Positions 57,058 to 64,000 of a DNA stretch of 64,000 nt are shown piece by piece. The notes beneath the pieces are model-generated. The model searched no databases. It was not told the origin of the DNA and saw only the letters and a program-made list of their open reading frames with translations. The position numbers and the translations under genes are program-made. Position 1 is the first letter of the stretch. The number at the start of each line of letters is the position of its first letter. The DNA is taken from assembly GCA_016432405.1 (NCBI GenBank), contig CP066687.1:586629-650628 (forward strand). Direction: 5' to 3'. This DNA is from Candidatus Giovannonibacteria bacterium. Its GTDB lineage: Bacteria; Patescibacteriota; Minisyncoccia; UBA11713; 2-01-FULL-45-33.

Positions 57058-57744
57058 CTAATGGACCCCGAGGCGGTTTTGTATCTCTTGCCGAAGAGTT
57101 GGGCGGATTTTGTACTCCGCCAAGATTATTTCCAAAAACTCCCTCTGCATTGCAGGCGCCACCCCTTGAGCCAAAATATACATAGCGATCCCTCCAACTT
57201 CTTCATCGTCAAAGCGAAACCCGCCAGCGCCCGGCTTGACCATGATGTAGCGCCTAGCGTGAGGGTAGTGCGCCACCAACCCCATGAGAATTTGCCGCCC
57301 CAGCGCTTGATAAACAGGGTCTGGTGCGCCACCGGTGCTTGCTACATTCATCATAAACCGCCGCCGGCAAAGGTCTTCTTTTTCCTGATTACGCTCCATC
57401 AACGCAGCGGCTTGGCAGAAAAATAGCTCCCGTCTGAACATGTGAATCTCCTGCTTCTCAACGTCGAGATACAGAATCGCCATCCTTAAAATGGCCTCCG
57501 CTTTCAGCGGCGAGTCGGGATATTTCTCCAAAAATGCGCTGAACCGACCCACCTGCGCCACGAGCATGGCGCGGTAATCCGGAACAAGGGTTCCATCCTT
57601 GATCCAAGGTATCGGCCCCGACGCCAACCCTTCAAACTCCGCAAAATCCGGCGGGCGCTCTTGGGCTTGCGCCAAAATCGAAGAACTGCCAGCCAACACT
57701 AAAAACACAAACAATCCAGCTATAAAACCGCTTAATTTGTTCAT
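57058..57744 (-). CDS. hypothetical secreted protein
   Basis: Signal peptide MNKLSGFIAGLFVFLVLAGSSSILAQA; visibly GC-richer than neighbours. Confidence 0.45.
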   Translation of the reverse strand: MNKLSGFIAGLFVFLVLAGSSSILAQAQERPPDFAEFEGLASGPIPWIKDGTLVPDYRAMLVAQVGRFSAFLEKYPDSPLKAEAILRMAILYLDVEKQEIHMFRRELFFCQAAALMERNQEKEDLCRRRFMMNVASTGGAPDPVYQALGRQILMGLVAHYPHARRYIMVKPGAGGFRFDDEEVGGIAMYILAQGVAPAMQREFLEIILAEYKIRPTLRQEIQNRLGVH

Positions 57745-57771
57745 AGAGCTATCCTCCCTAAAGCCATGATA

Positions 57772-59349
57772 TCACATCTTCTCCGGCGCGGCAATCCCCA
57801 TCAAAGAGAGAGTGGTTTTGATAGTTTTTTGCGCCGCAGAAACCAAAAATAGCCGGGCTTGCGTTAATTCGGGGTTTTTAGAATCAACCACATGATGCTT
57901 TTCATAAAAATTTGTGAAAGTTTTCGCAAGCTCATAAGCGTAGCGCGGCAAGCGGTGGGCTTGGTAATCTTCCGCGGTGTCTTCAATGATTTCCGTAAGT
58001 TGCAGAATTTTCTTGATGAGAGTAAGTTCTTCGGGTTGGGTTAGCAGATTGAGATCCACTTTTTTTGATTGCCCCCCTTTTTTTAAAATACTGCAAGCCC
58101 TCGCATGCGCGTACTGCACGTAATAAACCGGATTTTTCTTGTTTCTTTCTTTAGCCAAATCCAAATCAAAATCCATATGCGTATCCGGGCTTCTCTCCAA
58201 AAAAAACCACCGCGCCGCGTCCACACCGACTTCTTTCAACAAATCGTCCAAAGTTACAAATTCTCCTGTTCTTTTAGACATCCGCACCTCCTTGCCGCCG
58301 CTCGTAAGCCGCACCAGCTGTAGCACCCTAATGTTAAGTCTTTCTGGATTAACACTTAACGCTTCAATTCCTTTTTTCATTCTTTCAACGTAACCATAAT
58401 GATCCGCCCCCCAAACGTTAATCGCCAGATCAAACTTTCTTTTTATGAATTTATCGTAGTGGTACGCCAAGTCCGCCAAAAAATAAGCATATTCCTGATT
58501 TGATTTAACGACTACGGCGTCCCCCAGCCATAACGCTCCTTCTCTTTCTTTTAATGCATTTTTTTTATTTAAAAATTCCAATGTTTTTTTAAGTTCTCCC
58601 TTTTTGCGCATATCCGCTTCCGAAAACCAGACATCAAATTCAATGCCGGCTTTTTTGAGAGATTTTTTGATTTCTCCTAGCAAAATTTTTGCCGCGGCTT
58701 CCGCCGTTTTGCCTTTTAGTTTCTTTATGTAATCGCCCTTGTAATATTCTTCTTTCGCCGGTCCGCCAGCCAGCACTTTGCCCGCCGCCGCTAAAATAGA
58801 CTCGCCCAAAATTCTTATCTGGTTCCCGGCATCGTTAATATAGTACTCTCGCGTAACTTTATGCCCCACTGCCTCCAAAACATTCGCCAGCGCGTCTCCG
58901 TAAAACCCGCCTCGCCCGTTGGCCATTGTTAATGGCCCGGTGGGATTTGCCGAAACGAATTCGATATTTATCTTTTTTATCTTGGTCGAAAAACTCTCGG
59001 ATAAAAATTTTAGGTGTGGGCGCGCGCCTGCCCGTCTTCGGGCAGGTAGGGATAAGAAATTTTTAGATGAGAGTTTTTTGACCAACGCCCCGCGCGAAAT
59101 AAAAAAATTCAAAAATCCCGGACCGGCGATATCTATTTTTTCAACCCACTTAGCAATCCGATTGCTAAGTAACTTATTTTTCAAATCCTCCGCGACATCG
59201 CGCGGGTTTTTCCCAAGCTCCTTTGCCAATACCAGCGCGATGTTGGACGAGTAATCTCCGTGCTCCGGGTTATCCGGCTTTTCAGCGCTAAAAACCGCTC
59301 CCGGCGGCGTAACGCTTTCTATCCCCTTCCGTATCTGCGAGCGCAACAT
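57772..59349 (-). CDS. argS: arginyl-tRNA synthetase
   Basis: N-terminal Arg_tRNA_synt_N-like region, class I core, C-terminal DALR-type anticodon-binding region. Confidence 0.85.
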   Translation of the reverse strand: MLRSQIRKGIESVTPPGAVFSAEKPDNPEHGDYSSNIALVLAKELGKNPRDVAEDLKNKLLSNRIAKWVEKIDIAGPGFLNFFISRGALVKKLSSKNFLSLPARRRAGARPHLKFLSESFSTKIKKINIEFVSANPTGPLTMANGRGGFYGDALANVLEAVGHKVTREYYINDAGNQIRILGESILAAAGKVLAGGPAKEEYYKGDYIKKLKGKTAEAAAKILLGEIKKSLKKAGIEFDVWFSEADMRKKGELKKTLEFLNKKNALKEREGALWLGDAVVVKSNQEYAYFLADLAYHYDKFIKRKFDLAINVWGADHYGYVERMKKGIEALSVNPERLNIRVLQLVRLTSGGKEVRMSKRTGEFVTLDDLLKEVGVDAARWFFLERSPDTHMDFDLDLAKERNKKNPVYYVQYAHARACSILKKGGQSKKVDLNLLTQPEELTLIKKILQLTEIIEDTAEDYQAHRLPRYAYELAKTFTNFYEKHHVVDSKNPELTQARLFLVSAAQKTIKTTLSLMGIAAPEKM

Positions 59350-59448
59350 CGTCTTAACTCTACTCCAAAAAATAAGACAAAAAAAGGCCGCCGGGCGGTG
59401 TTTACAAATTCTAGATTTCTGCTATTGTAGATATAGGAGGATAAAATA

Positions 59449-59751
59449 ATGCGAATAACCAGATGGTTTGTGGAGCCGCTTGATTGCGGTTTCACCAACG
59501 AAGTAATCGCGCGCTATATTCCCAGCGAAAATCACAAACAAGTGGATGAAAAGCATTTATGGGAATGCCCGTACGCGTTTATAGAGCAGCTCAAAGCCAG
59601 CCGTTCCAGATGGGGAGTAAAATTCAAAATATTCAAGCAAGAGGGCGGCGGGAAGATGCGCAAGTTTGACGAGACGATCTTTTCAAAAAAAAGAAGACTC
59701 GCCCAAAAAATAAAGGTGGGGCTGGCCCGAAGCTGCCTAGACCGTTCATAA
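59449..59751 (+). CDS. hypothetical protein
   Basis: RBS ataggagga; no recognised domain. Confidence 0.4.
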   Translation: MRITRWFVEPLDCGFTNEVIARYIPSENHKQVDEKHLWECPYAFIEQLKASRSRWGVKFKIFKQEGGGKMRKFDETIFSKKRRLAQKIKVGLARSCLDRS

Positions 59752-59772
59752 GAACGGTTTTATTTTTTCTGC

Positions 59773-60240
59773 GTGTTCTGTCAAAATGGATTTATGACAA
59801 CCTTGGCGGAAAACCGAAAAGCAAAGTTTGAGTTTGAAGTTCTGGAAACCTTTGAGGCGGGGCTGGAGCTTTTTGGGTATGAAGTAAAATCAGTCAAAGG
59901 GCGGAGGATTAGTTTGGAGGGTTCTTACGTTTTTCCGCGGCGGGGCGAGTTTTATCTGGTAGGCGCGACCATCGCGCCATATCAGCCCAAAAACACGCCC
60001 AAGGATTACGACCAGGCACGTGAACGGAAGCTCCTCCTGCACAAAAAAGAAATAAATTATTTGATAGGAAAGGCCGCCACCAAAGGTTTGACAATCCTCC
60101 CTCTTCGGGTATATACTAAGGGCGCGAGGATAAAGCTGGAAATGGCCATTGCGCGGCGGCTGAAGAAACATGACCGAAGGGAGCGCATTAAAGAAAGGGA
60201 AGCCAAAAGAAAAATAGACCGCGAGATAAAAGAAATTTAA
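59773..60240 (+). CDS. smpB: SsrA-binding protein SmpB
   Basis: Conserved SmpB core ...KKEINYLIGK...LKKHDRRERIKEREAK; immediately upstream of tmRNA. Confidence 0.85.
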   Translation: MFCQNGFMTTLAENRKAKFEFEVLETFEAGLELFGYEVKSVKGRRISLEGSYVFPRRGEFYLVGATIAPYQPKNTPKDYDQARERKLLLHKKEINYLIGKAATKGLTILPLRVYTKGARIKLEMAIARRLKKHDRRERIKEREAKRKIDREIKEI

Positions 60241-60251
60241 CATTTAAATAC

Positions 60252-60578
60252 GGGGATGACAGGCCTCGAGGAAGAGCGAAGCGCCAAGCGCTCAGGCAGA
60301 GTTTGCGAAAGCATCTCTTAAAACTGCTTTCGCGATCAATAAGTGCAAACTTATTTAACAAAGTCGTAAATGCGTTGAGACCAATGCAGCTTGCGACTTC
60401 CTACGCTTAACAAAGCATAGGCATCCGTCTCTGATTCTCGCTAGGAGGTCGCGGGTGTTATAAGCGGGACTCCCCCGCCGAGCGGGCGGGAAAAACAATC
60501 TTCGGCTGAAAAGCTGATAAGCCTGTAAACCGCCGGTTCCGACCTTTTCCGACCCGGGTTCAACTCCCGGCATCTCCA
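60252..60578 (+). ncRNA. ssrA: tmRNA (ssrA)
   Basis: 5' GGGGAUGACAGGCCUCGAGG pairs with 3' CAUCUCCA acceptor; T-arm ccggg-ttcaact-cccgg; directly follows smpB. Confidence 0.8.
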
Positions 60579-60636
60579 TTAAAAATAAAAAACATAGTAA
60601 TATAATCTTATCCAAAGACTACGGCTCAACAAACAA

Positions 60637-61116
60637 ATAACCGCGCGCGAGGTGCGGGTGATAGACCAAGAAGGGCAAAACCTGGGCGTTTTGCCGACGG
60701 AGGAGGCCATTCGGCGCGCGCACGAAGCAGGACTAGACCTTATTGAGATTTCCCCCACCGCACAACCTCCGGTAGCCAAAATAATGGACCGGGGGAAATA
60801 TTTTTACGAGCAGGAGAAAAAAAGGAGGCAGGCAGCGAAAAAACAGCGCGACGTTGAGATAAAAAACGTGAGAATCGGCATCGGCACCTCGCTTCACGAC
60901 CTTGAAATCCGCGCCAAACAGGCCGACGAATTTTTAAGAGGAGGCGATAAAATAAAAGTTGACCTCTTTTTGCGGGGGCGGGAAAAATATCTGGACAAAA
61001 AGTTTCTGGAAGGACGCATTGAGCGCTTTTTGGCCATAATCCCCAGCCGGTTTGACAAAGAGCCGGTAAAAAAGGGGCCGAGGGGGCTCTCCTTGACCAT
61101 CTCACCTAAGAAGTAG
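60637..61116 (+). CDS. infC: translation initiation factor IF-3
   Basis: IF-3 N- and C-domain pattern (VRVIDQEGQNLGV...IKNVRIG...); non-canonical start likely (ATA at 60637, or GTG at 60652 as in ORF track). Confidence 0.8.
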   Translation: MTAREVRVIDQEGQNLGVLPTEEAIRRAHEAGLDLIEISPTAQPPVAKIMDRGKYFYEQEKKRRQAAKKQRDVEIKNVRIGIGTSLHDLEIRAKQADEFLRGGDKIKVDLFLRGREKYLDKKFLEGRIERFLAIIPSRFDKEPVKKGPRGLSLTISPKK

Positions 61117-61211
61117 TAATATAATGCAAATCCACGAATGGTATCCGAATGCAACAAATAATTATTCGTAGTTTGTATTATTCGCATAAGATTTATAGAT
61201 TAGTATTATTT

Positions 61212-61400
61212 ATGGCGAAAACCAGAAAATCAATATTAAAAAGGATGCGCATGACCTCTTCCGGAAAAATTTTGCACGGCGGTTCCGGCATTAATCATTT
61301 TCAGGCAAAAAAAAGCCGCAGGAAACAACTTACCAAAAAGCGCTCCGCGCAACTTGATGTTATCCAAAAAAAGATGGTAAAGTCGTATTTATACCATTAA
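61212..61400 (+). CDS. rpmI: 50S ribosomal protein L35
   Basis: MAKTRKSILKRMRMTSSGKILH... basic ~62-aa protein; infC-rpmI-rplT order. Confidence 0.85.
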   Translation: MAKTRKSILKRMRMTSSGKILHGGSGINHFQAKKSRRKQLTKKRSAQLDVIQKKMVKSYLYH

Positions 61401-61490
61401 CGAATTTCCAATTCTCAATTTTCAATGAAAATTAAATAATTGATAATTGATTGAAAATTGCAAAATTGAAAATTAGAAATTAAACAAAAT

Positions 61491-61850
61491 ATGAGTAGAG
61501 TCAAGCGAGGAAAAATAGCCCTAAAACGCCGCAGAAAAATATTGCGGCAGACCAAGGGTTTTCGCTGGCAGAGAAAATCCAAAGAGCGCGCCGCCAAGGA
61601 AGCCCTCTTGCACGCGGGCGTTCACGCTTTTGGCGACCGCAGAAAAAAGAAAAGAAATTTCCGCGCGCTTTGGAATATCAAAATAAACGCCGCCGTCCGC
61701 CAGTTGGCGGATAAACCCAGTCTTTCTTACAGTAAATTTATATATCAACTCAAAAAATCCGGCATCGGGCTGAACAGAAAAATCCTCGCCGAACTCGCCG
61801 AAAAACATCCGGAGGTTTTTAAGAAAATTCTTACGGAAATCACCTTCTGA
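61491..61850 (+). CDS. rplT: 50S ribosomal protein L20
   Basis: MSRVKRGKIALKRRRKILRQTKGF... canonical L20 N-terminus. Confidence 0.9.
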   Translation: MSRVKRGKIALKRRRKILRQTKGFRWQRKSKERAAKEALLHAGVHAFGDRRKKKRNFRALWNIKINAAVRQLADKPSLSYSKFIYQLKKSGIGLNRKILAELAEKHPEVFKKILTEITF

Positions 61851-62643
61851 AAAAGATTGAGATAAAAAAGAGGGCGCCGGAGACAAGGATGAACGCCGGG
61901 CCGGGAGGCAGGCCGTAAAAACGCGAGATTAAAATACCCAAAACCGCGCCTAAAACTCCTAAAATCGCGGAGAGCGTTATGTATTGGTTCATGCTGTGGG
62001 CGATATTGCGCGAAGTCGCGGCGGGAATAATGATAAGCGAGCCCATAAGCAAGGCGCCGACAAATTTAATTCCGACCGCGACAGTCAAAGCAAAAATCAA
62101 AAGAAACGAAAGCTCCAGAAGATGAGGCCGGAACCCGGCCGAGAGCGCGAGATCCGGGGAAATCAAAGAAAGCGTGAAGCGGCGGGCGAAAAACAAAAGC
62201 AGTGACATTATAATCACAGCGCCGGCCGCGGCCAGCCAAAAGTCCAATTGGCTTATTCGGGTAATGTCTCCGAATAAAGCGTCCAAAATCTCCTCCTCCG
62301 GAGTAATCAGCGCGCCGATAGCCAAAGCCAGAGTGAAAAACACGCCCACCAAAGTATCCACCGGCAGTTTGGTTTTGTGCTCAACCGCCCAAATGCCCAA
62401 AGTGCCTAAAACCAAAAACGTCCCCGCTCCTAAAAATAAATTAAAATTAAGTAAAATTCCAAGAGCTATCCCGGGAAGCGCCACGTGCGAGAGGGCGTCC
62501 CCCACCAATGCCATCCGGCGAAGGAGCGCGAAAGAACCAAGCATGCCCCCGGCGGCCGCGATCAAAGAACCTGCTACAAAAATTTGTAATTCAGGAGTGA
62601 GCATGGTGGTAAAACTTTCTGTCTCCGCCGTATAATTTGGCAA
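61840..62643 (-). CDS. metal ABC transporter permease (ABC-3 / ZnuB-like)
   Basis: 8-TM ABC-3 type permease; adjacent to ATPase gene. Confidence 0.7.
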   Translation of the reverse strand: MPNYTAETESFTTMLTPELQIFVAGSLIAAAGGMLGSFALLRRMALVGDALSHVALPGIALGILLNFNLFLGAGTFLVLGTLGIWAVEHKTKLPVDTLVGVFFTLALAIGALITPEEEILDALFGDITRISQLDFWLAAAGAVIIMSLLLFFARRFTLSLISPDLALSAGFRPHLLELSFLLIFALTVAVGIKFVGALLMGSLIIIPAATSRNIAHSMNQYITLSAILGVLGAVLGILISRFYGLPPGPAFILVSGALFFISIFFRR

Positions 62644-63268
62644 GCTCCGCGGGCGTCAAAACTTCGCCAGGAACACCGAAGCATACTTGCTGGCGGTTTA
62701 AACAAAGCACTTTGTTGGCATAACGATACACCACGGTAAGATCGTGAGAAATCAAAATCAAAGCAAGATTATGCTCTTCTTGAAGCTTATGCAAAAGTTC
62801 ATACACCGTCCTTTGGCCAGCGACGTCAACGCTCGCAGTTGGCTCGTCAAATAAAAGCAAATCCGGGCGGCCAATAATCGCCCAGGCGATAAGGACTCTT
62901 TGAAGCTCTCCAGAGGACAGCTCCCCGATTCTTTTATTTAAAAAAGTTGGCGCCAAATCAACTGCTTTAAGCGCTTTTTCCGGCGCCGAGCGGCTTCTTA
63001 AAGCCAAAAATTCTTTGACGGTAATCGGTAAATCTCTTTCCAAATCAATTTTTTGCGGGACATATCCTATCCGCGTTTCCGGGCTTAAAATTACCTCGCC
63101 AGTGTAGCGCGAAGCACCAAGGATAGCGCGGAGTAAGGTCGTCTTGCCTGAGCCGTTTGGGCCGATGATCGCCAACGCGTCCCCGCGTTCCAAATCAAAA
63201 GAAATATCGTCCAAAACGGCTTGCTCTCCGTAGCGCACGCTTAAGTTTTTGATTTCCAAAATTGGCAT
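62591..63268 (-). CDS. metal ABC transporter ATP-binding protein (ZnuC-like)
   Basis: Walker A GPNGSGKTTL, signature LSSGELQRV, Walker B LLLFDEP. Confidence 0.75.
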   Translation of the reverse strand: MPILEIKNLSVRYGEQAVLDDISFDLERGDALAIIGPNGSGKTTLLRAILGASRYTGEVILSPETRIGYVPQKIDLERDLPITVKEFLALRSRSAPEKALKAVDLAPTFLNKRIGELSSGELQRVLIAWAIIGRPDLLLFDEPTASVDVAGQRTVYELLHKLQEEHNLALILISHDLTVVYRYANKVLCLNRQQVCFGVPGEVLTPAELAKLYGGDRKFYHHAHS

Positions 63269-63273
63269 TTACT

Positions 63274-63966
63274 TTACTTTAACATTTTCAGCATCTTCTC
63301 CAAAGGCCAAGCGTTGATGATGTCCTTTTTTTCAGCCCAGCCGCGGCGGGCTTGGGAGATTCCGATTTCAAGAAATTTGAAATGCGAGGCGGAGTGCGCG
63401 TCTGAATCAATGGACATTTTCACTCCGGCCTCAACGCATTTTCTTATGTACTCGTCTTTGATATCCAAGCGGTCAGGATAAGCGTCAATCTCCAAAACAG
63501 TCCCGGTGCGTTTGGCGGCTTTTATGATTTCATCAACATCAATATCTATCGGCTCGCGCCGGTTGATTACCCGGCCGGTTAAATGAAAAATAATATCAAC
63601 GTTGGGATTTTCCATCGCCTTAATCACGCGGCGCGTCTCTTCGCCGCGCGAAAGCTTAAAATGGCTGTGCACAGCCGCCCCCACAACGTCCAGCTTGGCC
63701 AAAACTTTATCTTCAATATCCAGAGAGCCGTTCTTACCGATATTTACTTCAGCGCCTTTTAAAATTTTAAAATTCTTAAATTGTTTATTTAGCTTATCAA
63801 TTTCCGCCATCTGCTTCAGCAATTTTTTTTCATCCGCGCCGCCGGTCATGACCAAAGATTTTGTGTGGTCGGTAATTACGATATATTCCAAACCCGCGTC
63901 GGACGCGGCTTTTGCCATTGTTTCAATAGAGTCCTTGCCGTCGGTCCAGTTCGTCTGCGTCTGCAA
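63274..63966 (-). CDS. PHP-domain phosphoesterase
   Basis: PHP-like His/Asp motifs (IVITDHT, AVHSH, IDSDAHS); N-terminal limit uncertain near window end. Confidence 0.5.
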   Translation of the reverse strand: MQTQTNWTDGKDSIETMAKAASDAGLEYIVITDHTKSLVMTGGADEKKLLKQMAEIDKLNKQFKNFKILKGAEVNIGKNGSLDIEDKVLAKLDVVGAAVHSHFKLSRGEETRRVIKAMENPNVDIIFHLTGRVINRREPIDIDVDEIIKAAKRTGTVLEIDAYPDRLDIKDEYIRKCVEAGVKMSIDSDAHSASHFKFLEIGISQARRGWAEKKDIINAWPLEKMLKMLK

Positions 63967-64000
63967 ATCTCCTTTTAGTTCACCGTAGCCGATTAGCTTA

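Noticed and set aside
60355-60779. Minus-strand ORFs of 86 and 66 aa
   Set aside because: They lie antisense to tmRNA and the infC start; the tmRNA call explains the locus.
1-64000. Alternative genetic code (UGA recoding)
   Set aside because: Conserved genes (e.g. comF, leuS, the 122-aa ORF) end at TGA, TAA or TAG exactly where expected, and no conserved protein needs read-through.
1-64000. CRISPR array
   Set aside because: The only tandem repeats are 12-40 nt in-frame tracts inside genes or inverted repeats; there is no repeat-spacer periodicity.

Overview
The window reads like a compact, gene-dense bacterial chromosome segment using the standard code (TGA terminates ORFs). Gene content suggests a small-genome Patescibacteria/CPR-like lineage; this is inference only. 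Roughly 70 protein genes, 5 tRNAs (Ser-GCT, Arg-GCG, Ile-TAT, Leu-CAA) and a tmRNA are supported. (1) Positions 1-11.7 kb hold a near-complete type IV pilus / DNA-uptake cluster: pilD, several pilins, pilC, pilT, a REC-domain protein, pilB, pilMNO and comF. (2) 14.8-19.7 kb: recG, a processive GT2 glycosyltransferase and an ECF sigma factor. (3) 20.4-25.1 kb: a visibly AT-richer island flanked by ~50-bp direct repeats next to tRNA-Ile(TAT). It carries a 3-gene operon whose 931-aa product fuses a GHKL-type ATPase, a sigma-70 region-4 HTH and a DnaA domain-IV-like module. This is the most unusual locus in the window. (4) Housekeeping genes: ftsH, dprA-topA, relA/spoT, parB, folD, glyA, leuS, tatD, metG, glyQS, recO, ileS, argS, smpB-ssrA, infC-rpmI-rplT and a znuBC-like transporter. 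Other notable points: a 2-gene cassette inserted after comF, flanked by a duplicated comF 3' end; a Nudix domain inserted in LeuRS and a histidine-phosphatase domain inserted in IleRS; several in-frame palindromic or tandem mini-insertions inside essential genes; a conserved promoter/leader module shared by two unrelated genes; and a tandem pair of small hydrophobic-peptide genes with identical terminators. No CRISPR array or rRNA was seen.
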